A DNA stretch of 64,000 nt from Candidatus Omnitrophota bacterium. GTDB lineage: Bacteria > Omnitrophota > Gorgyraeia > Zapsychrales > Fredricksoniimonadaceae. Positions 38,295-47,469 of the stretch are shown here, one piece after another. The translations under genes and the position numbers were made by a program. Position 1 is the stretch's first letter, and the number at the start of each line of letters is the position of its first letter. The stretch covers positions 64,990-128,989 of the forward strand of contig CAJARJ010000014.1 in assembly GCA_903944345.1 (NCBI GenBank), read 5' to 3'. The notes under the pieces are model-generated. The model was not told where the DNA came from. It made no database searches and saw only the letters and a list, made by a program, of their open reading frames with translations.

Positions 38295-41102
38295 TTACCC
38301 CTGCAAGATGCGGGCCAGCTCATGATCCTCAAAAGGCAAATCCGGATCCATAATCTGTGACATCAGATAATCAATTGCCTCCAGATACGGAGCCAGAAAG
38401 ATCTCGGGCCGGGGTGGAATTCTGCCCTCAAAGACAGAATCCAGCCTGACTTCCCGCAAACGATAAAGCCCCGCATCGAGGATTTGCCCCGGATAAAGCC
38501 TGGATCCCAAATAAAGATAAAGCGGAAGCTGAAAAGACCCGGCTTTTCTGTAAATCTCCTCCCGTCCCATCCCCCGGGTAAAAACAAAATCATCCGGAGG
38601 TATCCGGTCAGCGCTGCCGGTCTTGTAATCCAGTATCAGCAACCGCCCGTCTTTCATCCTGTCCAGACGGTCGATTCTTGATTTGAAACGAAAACGCCCG
38701 CAAGGAAGCTCCATCCACTCGTCACAGGCTTTTTCGACAGACACAACCTCCGCGATGTCCGCCTGCCTCTCGAGCGTATCCTCCAGAATGGAACGAAACT
38801 TGTGCTCCGCGACAGCCCGCACCAGAAAAGAATCCGAACGCATCCTGCGCGAAAAATGCTCGTCGAAGAAACGCTCGAACAAATGCCAGCCCCGCGCGGA
38901 ATCTGCGGAGGAAAAGGCAAACGGCCGTCCGGCCAGCGGCCGAAAAAGTTCCTCCAGCAGACGATGCCAGAAATTTCCGACCATCAGCGCGTCCGGCTCA
39001 TCGAGCAAATTCTCCGGCTCCCTCAGGCCCAGTACAAAAGTCCGGTAGAAACGAAAAGGATTCTCCAGATACATATTAATGCTTGTCGCCGAGAAAGAAA
39101 AACCGCGCAAAAATTCCATCGTCAACGGTGTTTTGCGTGCCTGCCGGCTAACCGAAGACAGCCGCAGGGCAAAACCCGCCCGCTCGGTCGGGAACGGAAT
39201 CACATCTCCCCGTTTTTTCTGTTCCTCCCAGACAAGTTCCTCCACAAAACGACTGGGAGCCTTTTCTTTTGTATCCTGATAAACCAGGTGTACCCGTTTG
39301 GCGGATGAAATAATACGCATAAACTGATAACGCTGGATATCCTCCTCTTCCTCGATACGCTCCAGACCAAGCATGGAAAGAATCTCGCGCGGGATAAGCG
39401 AGGAACGCACCTCAACACCCGGCAGAACCCCTTCGTTCACATCCAGAATGATGACATTATCAAAGTCCAGCGAGCGTGTCTCAAAAAGCCCCAGAATCTG
39501 TAATCCCTTGAGTGGCGCCCCGGAGAAACTGACCACCTCGCTATCGACCCGGCTCATAAAAATCCGTACCAGATCGTCCATAGACATCACTTCCGAAGCG
39601 AAAGAAGCTTTTGCAAGTTCGTCTTTGAGTGAATACAGACGTTCGGCAATATTGACATTTAAAGGATAATGTCCCCAGGAAGCTCCCTGCGTCAGAACAT
39701 CCAGAAAATGACCGACCGCGTCCGCGAAAGCGCCCAGGGTATTGACGTTCTCCCAGGCCTCGAAACACAAATAATGGATCCGCTCCAACCCCTCGCGCAA
39801 TCGGGCAGCAGAGACTTCTGTTGCAGCCTGCGACATTTCAAGGACCAGGCCGTCAAAAACAGCCTTGTCATCCAGAACCTCGGCCAAAGAAAAAAACAAT
39901 GTGCCCGATAATGCCGTCAGAGAACGCCCACTTAGCGCCGCTTCCAGGCGGCGGACAAGCGCGCTCATCAGCCCCGGGGCCGCAAACAGGTCGGAATTCC
40001 GAATAAAGGGATGCCGGACAAGCTTCAGATAATCCCGGGAGTAATACCGGCCATTGCGGCGGGAAGCCTGAGCTGCAAACACAAAACGCAACAGAACCAC
40101 CACACTCCCGCGATTAAGCGGATACCCCATGGAAACATTAAATTGCCGGACAGCCTGCGGCAAAGACGAGATGAGCGGAACCAGTGCCCCTGTGTCGGGC
40201 AAAACCACCACCGTGCGCTCGAGCGCGTCAACCCCGGACAGAATGTCCCGGGCGATCGCGGCCTGGGAATGCATATCATACGCCGCATGAACCTTGAGTT
40301 CATTTCTGACCGGAACAGGCTCAGAACCCTCCGTGATATCACAGCCCAGCCTCCCGGAAAGACGTTCCAGCACGCTCCACTTGCGCCGGTCTCCCTGGAA
40401 AAAGAATGTTGCCTGCCCCCGCTCATAAAAAGAGCGAACCAGAGTTTCCTCAGTGCTGTGAAAATGAAAAAAGTTGGCGAAAATAATCTCGTCGAAAGGC
40501 AACAGTGGCTGCTGCCGGGAATTGGCGGCCGCCCGCATGTACTGCATGCCGCGTGAAGCTTTCCCCCGGGCCAGCAGATTGCCATGAAACGCCTCGCGCA
40601 ATACAGAAACCCGGGACAAAAGCCGGTTAACTGACTCGGGGACCGGAAAACCGATACGGGCGCTTTCTTCGACATTAAGAAGCTTCCGGGAAGAAATATC
40701 CTCAAGATCCGCCTGTTCAATAAAACGCCGCAATTCCCTGGCCCAGGGCAAAAAACGCGCAAAGTCCTCACGCCCTCCCAGCAGTTCAGGAGTCAATTCG
40801 CGCACCAGCCGGTAAATTTCATAACAATCATCCAGTTCTCCGGAGGAAGGCGCCAGAAAACCGGACTGATTGGCCGCAAGATTGACCAGATCATCAATAG
40901 CAAAGAAAGCCGGCAATTCCAGCACTTGCCTGTGCCTGCGGGCCAGTTCCCTTTTAAGAAAAAGAACCGGACGTTTTCCGCCGAAAACAACAGCCAGACG
41001 GGACATGGGCCTGCGCACGGCAATATATTCACGGCTGATATATCCGGCCAGTTCGGCAATAAAACTTTTTGTAAAATCAACCGTTACCACTCGCCCCTTC
41101 AT
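38295..41102 (-). CDS. AddB-like PD-(D/E)XK nuclease-family protein (helicase-like N-terminus without an intact Walker A)
   Basis: 935 aa. C-terminal nuclease motif RIDRLDRMKDGRLLILDYKTGS. No GxGKT in the N-terminal region. Start overlaps the upstream addA-like stop (ATGA). Confidence 0.65.
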   Translation of the reverse strand: MKGRVVTVDFTKSFIAELAGYISREYIAVRRPMSRLAVVFGGKRPVLFLKRELARRHRQVLELPAFFAIDDLVNLAANQSGFLAPSSGELDDCYEIYRLVRELTPELLGGREDFARFLPWARELRRFIEQADLEDISSRKLLNVEESARIGFPVPESVNRLLSRVSVLREAFHGNLLARGKASRGMQYMRAAANSRQQPLLPFDEIIFANFFHFHSTEETLVRSFYERGQATFFFQGDRRKWSVLERLSGRLGCDITEGSEPVPVRNELKVHAAYDMHSQAAIARDILSGVDALERTVVVLPDTGALVPLISSLPQAVRQFNVSMGYPLNRGSVVVLLRFVFAAQASRRNGRYYSRDYLKLVRHPFIRNSDLFAAPGLMSALVRRLEAALSGRSLTALSGTLFFSLAEVLDDKAVFDGLVLEMSQAATEVSAARLREGLERIHYLCFEAWENVNTLGAFADAVGHFLDVLTQGASWGHYPLNVNIAERLYSLKDELAKASFASEVMSMDDLVRIFMSRVDSEVVSFSGAPLKGLQILGLFETRSLDFDNVIILDVNEGVLPGVEVRSSLIPREILSMLGLERIEEEEDIQRYQFMRIISSAKRVHLVYQDTKEKAPSRFVEELVWEEQKKRGDVIPFPTERAGFALRLSSVSRQARKTPLTMEFLRGFSFSATSINMYLENPFRFYRTFVLGLREPENLLDEPDALMVGNFWHRLLEELFRPLAGRPFAFSSADSARGWHLFERFFDEHFSRRMRSDSFLVRAVAEHKFRSILEDTLERQADIAEVVSVEKACDEWMELPCGRFRFKSRIDRLDRMKDGRLLILDYKTGSADRIPPDDFVFTRGMGREEIYRKAGSFQLPLYLYLGSRLYPGQILDAGLYRLREVRLDSVFEGRIPPRPEIFLAPYLEAIDYLMSQIMDPDLPFEDHELARILQG

Positions 41103-44100
41103 AACCCGACCTCCTCCACCGCAACAGGATTGATGGTCACCAGAAAACCCCGCACCCTGTGTGGAGCATAGACATCCGCCAGCAAGCGCAAATACTCCCG
41201 CAACTGATCCCTTCCGGCATCCGTTGCCGAAGCAAGCTTGAAATCCACCACCTGGACCTCGTCCTTGAAGACGAGAATGCGGTCTGGCCTGCGTTCCTTG
41301 CCATCAGGAAGAAGAAAGGCTTTCTCACAAAAGACTTGAGCACAAGTAAAGAAAAAATGGCGGGTGGCCCGGGCTGTAAGCAGCGCCTCAAGTTCCTGCA
41401 AAAGAGATTCCTCGGCCGGCACACCGCAAAGGCGGGCAGCTGTCACCAGCGCCTCCCGGGCATCCGTCCCCGGCGGCAATCCAGGAATTCCGGCCAGGAT
41501 CGCGTGACGCAAGACCCCCTCCTGACGTTCACGACGGAACGCCAGCGTTTCCCGGGGAACGAATTCATCGGCAAGATACTCCATCCAGTCCCGGCATGCC
41601 GAAGGCTGCAGGGCACGGATCTCTCCATCCTCCCGGCGTTCTTTCCTTGCCACCGGACCGGTAGTCCCGATGGCATAACAATCCGCAGGAATCAAGGCCA
41701 ACGCAGGATTAACAGCCCGCCCGGCCCGGGAAGGAATAAAAACATACAGCTCCTCCGCAGCCCGGGTCAGAGCAACATAGGTCATATTCAGTTCCCCCAT
41801 CAGAGAGCGAATATACTCCCGCGCGTAACCCTCATCAGCCGTATCGGAATACTTTCTGTAATCCTGGGTCAAACGCAAAAGCCGGACCTCGTCTCCGTCA
41901 ACAACAGGAGTGTAATTGTGCGCGCGCCCGTCACCCGATCCTGACACCTTGGGCTTTATCGTCAACAAAGGAATAATCGTAACCGGAAACTCCAGACCTT
42001 TGGCCTTGTGCACCGTCAAAAGTTTAACAGCATCTCCACCCGGCCCTCGCACAAAAAGCACTTCGCCCGCAAGAAGGGCGTAATGTTCCAGAAAACCGGA
42101 GAGATCCGGATAATCCTTTTCCTTCTCCTTGACCAATTCGAGAAAACGCATCAGGAACGCCTGCCCTTCGACACAATGGACAAGAGCATTCGTCCGGCGA
42201 TAGAAACTCACGATCAGCTCGTACAGAGGATACGTCCCGAAATTACAAAAGAAATCATCGAGCAGTTCATTCCAGAGTCCGGAATATTGCTGCTGAAAAA
42301 ACACATACAACGATTCCGGAAAACCGGCCTGAGATCGCCCTATGCGCCAGCGCAAGATCATATCCTCCAGCTGGTCACGCTGGAGGCCGGAGGCGCGGGT
42401 AAAAATATCGCCCAGAATAAACCCGGCGAAAGCCTGGCTGTCCTGCGGTTCTGCCAGAAAACCCAGGAAAGAAACCACTTCCTCGACCAAAGGGTGTTCA
42501 CGGATACTCGAAAGGCGTTCCGAGTGCACCGGGATTCCTTCTTCCAGCAGCCAGCGGGCCGTTTCCTCCACCTCGCTGTTGGAACGTAAAAGCAGCGCAA
42601 CCGAGCTCCAGTCATAGCCGCGCTCTTTAAGGGAACGCAGCAGGGAAATAATCCTGACTCTGACCAGCTCGAGCGTTTCTTCTTTCAGCGCAGCGCACTC
42701 CACCTGCTCGACCCGAACAACTCCACCGCCGTCCGTTCTGGCGGAAGACTGCCGCGAAGAATGAAAAACTTCCCCCAACCGACGAATATCATCCGTGCTA
42801 AACCCGATAGCCGTGTCTTTTCTCACACCTTTACTGTCCAGCCCGAAACCGGCAGCAAAACGTTCGAGCGAAGCCAGATCAAAAACACGATTGTTGAACT
42901 CGACCACGGCGGGCAGGCTGCGCCAATTAACCGCAAGAGAAACTTCCTGCACATTGTACGAACGGTAAGCCTCCTTGAGCTCGTCAAAAAGACCCGCCTC
43001 ACCCCCGCGAAATCCATAAATCGCCTGCTTCTTGTCGCCAACATAAAACAGCGTCCCCCCGGATGAAATGGCGTCCTCCGGCAAAAGGCGCAGGTTCTCC
43101 CACTGCAAAAGACTGGTATCCTGAAACTCGTCCACCAGATAATGCCGGTAACGCACGGCCAGACGGTAGAAAATATCCGGAACAGCCAGCCCACCCTCAA
43201 AAAGAACCTTGGCCCGGGAATTAAGCTCTTCAAGAAAAAGGACATCCTCCCGGGAACAGTCCCCGGAGAGAAAAGCACGCATCAGATAATAAATCGCGAC
43301 ATACGGATCATACAGATGCCTGACTTCCAGATCCGCCGCCCGCAAGAACCCCTGATGGATTTTCTGCCACAAATCAGCCTGCTGGCCGGTGACCAGCGCC
43401 CCTTTGTTGACAGGAATATCCTGGCGGGCAAAATACGCTGACAAATCATTGAAACGAAAAGAACGGCGCCCGGTATCAAGAAACTTGTCCAGGCTTTTGA
43501 CAAACGTCCCGTTGGCTCCATCGGGTAAGATCTGCCGGAAAGACTGCAAGTCACAAACAATCTGCTTCTTGAGCGCAAGAATCTCTTCCGGAGAAACCTG
43601 ACCGCGGGCAATCGGAAGGGCAAAGGTATTCTCGATCGAAAAAAGCCCTCTCAGGGCTTCCAATACAGCCTCTTTGGGCATCCAGCTGGTACGAGCCTCG
43701 ACATGTAAATAATTAAAAATAAAATCCTCGAACAAGCGGCGCACATGCTTGTCAGAAGCAGCTGTGTCCACCAGTGCGTCCAATGCGCGAGCTATATACT
43801 CACCGGAATCTGTCCTGATAGAAAACGCCGATGTCAACCCTGCCTGCGCCCCGCAACTGACCAGCAGGGTGTTGATGAAGCGATCAATGGTTTCAACCTG
43901 AAAAAAATTGTAATGACCGATAATTTCCGCCATCAAGCCCCGGGCCAGTTCAACGGCACGCGGCCGGGACAATCCAAGCGGAGACAGAACTGACTGCTCC
44001 AGGGCGGTGTCGATTCTGTCAAGCGCGATCCGCTTGATAAAATCGAGTATACGCCGCTTCATTTCAATAGCGGCTTTATTGGTGAAAGTCAGCGCCAGAA

Positions 44101-44257
44101 TGGAGCGTAGCGGAAGCTCAAGGCCGGCATCCGTCATTTTCAGGGCAAGAATCACATAGCGTGCAGCCAAGGCATAGGTTTTGCCCGATCCGGCAGAGGC
44201 CTCCACCACACGAACTTCAGGAAATGTTATGGGAATATGCGAGGGTATTTCTTTCAC
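41099..44257 (-). CDS. addA: AddA/RexA-like UvrD-family helicase with C-terminal PD-(D/E)XK nuclease
   Basis: Walker A VEASAGSGKTYAL, helicase motifs (LTFTNKAA, VDEFQDT, VGDKKQAIYGFRGG, MTIHKAKGLEF). C-terminal nuclease RPDRILVFKDEVQVVDFKL. Start assigned to GTG at 44257, which overlaps the upstream stop as GTGA. The ORF-track TTG at 44347 would overlap the upstream gene by 94 nt. Confidence 0.75.
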   Translation of the reverse strand: MKEIPSHIPITFPEVRVVEASAGSGKTYALAARYVILALKMTDAGLELPLRSILALTFTNKAAIEMKRRILDFIKRIALDRIDTALEQSVLSPLGLSRPRAVELARGLMAEIIGHYNFFQVETIDRFINTLLVSCGAQAGLTSAFSIRTDSGEYIARALDALVDTAASDKHVRRLFEDFIFNYLHVEARTSWMPKEAVLEALRGLFSIENTFALPIARGQVSPEEILALKKQIVCDLQSFRQILPDGANGTFVKSLDKFLDTGRRSFRFNDLSAYFARQDIPVNKGALVTGQQADLWQKIHQGFLRAADLEVRHLYDPYVAIYYLMRAFLSGDCSREDVLFLEELNSRAKVLFEGGLAVPDIFYRLAVRYRHYLVDEFQDTSLLQWENLRLLPEDAISSGGTLFYVGDKKQAIYGFRGGEAGLFDELKEAYRSYNVQEVSLAVNWRSLPAVVEFNNRVFDLASLERFAAGFGLDSKGVRKDTAIGFSTDDIRRLGEVFHSSRQSSARTDGGGVVRVEQVECAALKEETLELVRVRIISLLRSLKERGYDWSSVALLLRSNSEVEETARWLLEEGIPVHSERLSSIREHPLVEEVVSFLGFLAEPQDSQAFAGFILGDIFTRASGLQRDQLEDMILRWRIGRSQAGFPESLYVFFQQQYSGLWNELLDDFFCNFGTYPLYELIVSFYRRTNALVHCVEGQAFLMRFLELVKEKEKDYPDLSGFLEHYALLAGEVLFVRGPGGDAVKLLTVHKAKGLEFPVTIIPLLTIKPKVSGSGDGRAHNYTPVVDGDEVRLLRLTQDYRKYSDTADEGYAREYIRSLMGELNMTYVALTRAAEELYVFIPSRAGRAVNPALALIPADCYAIGTTGPVARKERREDGEIRALQPSACRDWMEYLADEFVPRETLAFRRERQEGVLRHAILAGIPGLPPGTDAREALVTAARLCGVPAEESLLQELEALLTARATRHFFFTCAQVFCEKAFLLPDGKERRPDRILVFKDEVQVVDFKLASATDAGRDQLREYLRLLADVYAPHRVRGFLVTINPVAVEEVGL

Positions 44258-44991
44258 GGACGACTCAAATACAACGGATCTTCCAGGGACTCCCGGATAA
44301 CTGCCGCACTCGCCTCGACCGTCGACTGTCCGGGTTTCATGCCCCAATCCATATTAATACCCGGAACCGTGGCCAGCGCGGCAGACAAGCGGTCTCTCTC
44401 GGCCGGAGTAAAATCCAGCACCCTGCAGGTCTCATCTTCGCAATGAGCAGAACTCAACATGACCCTGGTGGCCAGAACACTGGCCCGCAAAACATCCTTG
44501 GCCACCTCTTTTTTCTGCTGGGCCAAAAGAACCTGCTGTCGGCTGAATTCTTTCTCGTCAAAATTTTCAGGCTGCCCATCGGTTATGTAGCGCAAGAAAC
44601 CTGACCAAAGCGTACGCTCCCGGGCACTCATCGTCAAAAGACGCTGATAAGCATCAACGGCCGTCAGCGCCGTCTTGCGGACAAAAGGGCTGGCCGATGA
44701 ACAATAACGCTTCAGATAATTGCGGGCTATGCGCAGTTCCGTATTATCCAGTGTACGGTTGGCGATCAATTGCCGAACCACGGCTTGCTGCTCCAGAGAG
44801 GCCGCCGCGGTTTCACCTTCCAGCTGAAGTCTTTGCGCAACCCGGGCGTAATAAGAGAGAGCAAAAATATAATCTTTAACAAAAGCGTACTTTCCCGCGT
44901 CCGGATTGAGTTCCCTGAACGAAAGCTCCGAGGCATACACTGGCGGAAGAAAAGCAAAAAGACAACAAAAAACAATACACAGTCTGAGCAT
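44254..44991 (-). CDS. Hypothetical secreted/periplasmic protein (signal peptide)
   Basis: MLRLCIVFCCLFAFLPPVYA|SE. No recognisable family. Translationally coupled to the addA-like gene. Confidence 0.5.
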   Translation of the reverse strand: MLRLCIVFCCLFAFLPPVYASELSFRELNPDAGKYAFVKDYIFALSYYARVAQRLQLEGETAAASLEQQAVVRQLIANRTLDNTELRIARNYLKRYCSSASPFVRKTALTAVDAYQRLLTMSARERTLWSGFLRYITDGQPENFDEKEFSRQQVLLAQQKKEVAKDVLRASVLATRVMLSSAHCEDETCRVLDFTPAERDRLSAALATVPGINMDWGMKPGQSTVEASAAVIRESLEDPLYLSRP

Positions 44992-45028
44992 ACCTCGACC
45001 TTTCAGTCTCTGAGCGCAGGTAAAGCCC

Positions 45029-45403
45029 CTAATTGGCGTTACCCGCTCCCAGGACTTTCTGAACCTTGGCGATCAGCTCGGAGGACGAACAGGATTTGTG
45101 CAGATATTCAATACCCATAAGAACCCCCAGCCGACCATCAAGCTCCTGATCCCTGCAAGTCAGCAAGATCACGGGGATTGGCTTCAACTCCGGATCAAAC
45201 TTCATTTTGAAACATACATCATAACCATTAAGCTCGGGCATCATGACATCAAGCAACAACAGATCAGGCTTGTCCTGCTTCAAACGCGCCAAAGCCTCAA
45301 CACCGTCAGCGGCAAGAATAACCTCGAAGCCAAAACGCTGCAAAGCTTCTGAAATGATTCGCCTTATTGTCGGATCATCATCCGCGCACAGTATCTTTTT
45401 CAT
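45029..45403 (-). CDS. Stand-alone response-regulator receiver domain protein (CheY-like)
   Basis: MKKILCADDDPTIRRI...LLLLDVMMPELNG...VILLTCRD. 124 aa. Confidence 0.75.
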   Translation of the reverse strand: MKKILCADDDPTIRRIISEALQRFGFEVILAADGVEALARLKQDKPDLLLLDVMMPELNGYDVCFKMKFDPELKPIPVILLTCRDQELDGRLGVLMGIEYLHKSCSSSELIAKVQKVLGAGNAN

Positions 45404-45524
45404 AACCCGCTTTTCCCTTTTAGTAAAATAATCTTACTCAAACCCACTCTCTATCTCTAGTTATATAAGGAAATACCGTTCACGTCAATTGCCCGGAATC
45501 TTTCTTTGCATCCAGCCGGTGACA

Positions 45525-46538
45525 TCATCCAGCAAAAACAGAAAAGTTCCTCTGCAAAATGGTATCAAGGGGGGTGTGCGCAGAGTAGCGGCTAAAATAC
45601 CATTTCTGGCTGAAAACAGCCCGCTCCCCCGGAAGAAGGGATTGGACAGGAGAGTGTATCTCCAGCTCTCCATAAGGAGCTGAGGCCGAGTTAAAAACTT
45701 CGACCACAGAGGAGTGGGCGTATGACCTGGAGATATCTACCGGGAAAGACTTGAGAAAACTGATCATCCCCTGCGCCGACTTCTTCAGCAAAAGAACCGC
45801 TCCCGGAGAATACCAGGCGCCGAACTTGAAGCATACCCCCGAATGAACCGGCAAGTGCGACCATGCCCCACAGGTTTCGGCCTGCTGTCCGGGATCGGGC
45901 AGAGTGCTGTCATGCGTATGATAGGATCGGATACACTGCGTGGAACAGGGAAAATACACATCAAATGGCCGCGGAACCTGGGTGACTGTCCACAAACCTT
46001 TATTAACCGGAACATTGCCGGCATTCTCGAAGATTTCAGTCACTCCAAGCCGGTTGTATTCCAGAAAACTTATACGACGGGTCACGCGCAAACCTGTTTC
46101 ACGACAAACCGGACTGGTCAAGACAACACTCTCGGCGTCTTCAACAACAGAAAAAGGCGCCCGGTCAAGATCGACCGGAGGCATGCCTTCCCACCACTCC
46201 TTCTCCGGAGCCGGCCAGACCTTGCTGCCTCCGGGAAGAAGAAAACCGGTTCGGCGCTTGAAAGAACGCAGATCGGCATTCGCGCAAGGAACTTCCAGAG
46301 GAAATGCCGGGGGAGAAAACAACAATTCAAGACCGGCGAAAACCAGGGACATGATCCGTCCACCGGCAGAAGGCACAATACCAACAGAAAGGTCGCCGCA
46401 AGAACGACGGATTGCAGGCCACCCGCAAACCCGGGTATCCTCAACCTTTACGTCCAAGCGCCCCCCTGATCCTTTCTTTGGCCTGTAGAGACAACCGGTC
46501 TTGTTCAAGGGGAGGGACATTGTCCAGAAGTTCTTCAT
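45525..46538 (-). CDS. Hypothetical protein with an aldose-1-epimerase/galactose-mutarotase-like N-terminal signature
   Basis: LDVKVEDTRV...LSVGIVPSAGGRIMSLVFAGLELLF resembles the mutarotase-like family start. 337 aa. The 5' end overlaps the anti-sigma gene by about 30-98 nt depending on start. Confidence 0.45.
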   Translation of the reverse strand: MKNFWTMSLPLNKTGCLYRPKKGSGGRLDVKVEDTRVCGWPAIRRSCGDLSVGIVPSAGGRIMSLVFAGLELLFSPPAFPLEVPCANADLRSFKRRTGFLLPGGSKVWPAPEKEWWEGMPPVDLDRAPFSVVEDAESVVLTSPVCRETGLRVTRRISFLEYNRLGVTEIFENAGNVPVNKGLWTVTQVPRPFDVYFPCSTQCIRSYHTHDSTLPDPGQQAETCGAWSHLPVHSGVCFKFGAWYSPGAVLLLKKSAQGMISFLKSFPVDISRSYAHSSVVEVFNSASAPYGELEIHSPVQSLLPGERAVFSQKWYFSRYSAHTPLDTILQRNFSVFAG

Positions 46539-46740
46539 GACGGATAAACACTTTTCTTAATACAGAAATCTGTGCCCGGTAGAAAGAACAGGTTTTGCAC
46601 AAACACAAGTGCAGCCGCATGACAATAAATTCGCGCAAAGACAGCCGACGCTCGAACGAAAGGGATACCAGAAGAGCGGCCTGCTTGCAGGAAACAAGCC
46701 AACCGGTACGCGTTTCTTTTTCCAGATTTATAGGTGTCAT
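46441..46740 (-). CDS. ZAS-family (RsrA-like) zinc-binding anti-sigma factor
   Basis: 99 aa. C18-x25-H44-x3-C48-x2-C51 (SCKQ...RLHLCLCKTC) fits the C/H-x(23-26)-H-x3-C-x2-C ZAS motif. ATG overlaps the ECF sigma stop (ATGA). Confidence 0.6.
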   Translation of the reverse strand: MTPINLEKETRTGWLVSCKQAALLVSLSFERRLSLREFIVMRLHLCLCKTCSFYRAQISVLRKVFIRHEELLDNVPPLEQDRLSLQAKERIRGALGRKG

Positions 46741-47345
46741 TTTTTCAGATCAAACCAGTTACGTTCCAGACATTCGCGCAGCTGAAGCCTTGCCCGATGC
46801 AGCATCACCCACAGATTGGTAGGCGTAATCCCCAGCTCCTTACATATTTCCCCGGTATCTTTATCATCCAATTCACGCATGGCAAAAGCATGCGCGGTAT
46901 TTTGCGGCAATTTCCCCATGCAATGTTGCAGTGTCTCCCAGAATTCCTTGTTATGCAAAAGGGCTTCCGGCTCGGGCATCCAGTCTTTGGGAAACTTGCG
47001 CGGATCTCCGGCTGCATCGTAAAAACTGTCGATAGTCTGCTCTTCATCATTTTGCTGGCCCTGTAAGTCCGTAACCGTCTTCTCACGAAAATCCCGGCGA
47101 TAATGATCAATAATCTTATGTTTGAGAATACCCACCATCCAGGTCCGCTCGGTCGACCTGCCGCTGAAACTGTTCTTGCCCGTAATGGCTGCCAGAAAAG
47201 TTTCCTGAACCATGTTTTCGGCCAAATCCTTGTTGCGCAAACGCATCATCGCATAACGAAACAGATAATCGCCGTGCTGGTCAACCCATGTCGCTGGATC
47301 GGAAAGGCTTGCCTTGAGTGGCTTGGGGGCTAATGGTGACTGCAT
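46737..47345 (-). CDS. ECF-subfamily RNA polymerase sigma factor (sigma-24 type)
   Basis: Region 2 DLAENMVQETFLAAI. Region 4 GEICKELGITPTNLWVMLHRARLQLRECL. 202 aa. Confidence 0.8.
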   Translation of the reverse strand: MQSPLAPKPLKASLSDPATWVDQHGDYLFRYAMMRLRNKDLAENMVQETFLAAITGKNSFSGRSTERTWMVGILKHKIIDHYRRDFREKTVTDLQGQQNDEEQTIDSFYDAAGDPRKFPKDWMPEPEALLHNKEFWETLQHCMGKLPQNTAHAFAMRELDDKDTGEICKELGITPTNLWVMLHRARLQLRECLERNWFDLKK

Positions 47346-47469
47346 ACTTTAAAAACACCCTTCTTGTGAAACCAAAGAAAAACTCGCCTATCCTCAAACA
47401 GGACGTGAGCATAGTAACAAAAAAGAAACCGCATTTCAACCGGCAGGACAAAGACTCGAAGGGAAGGAA

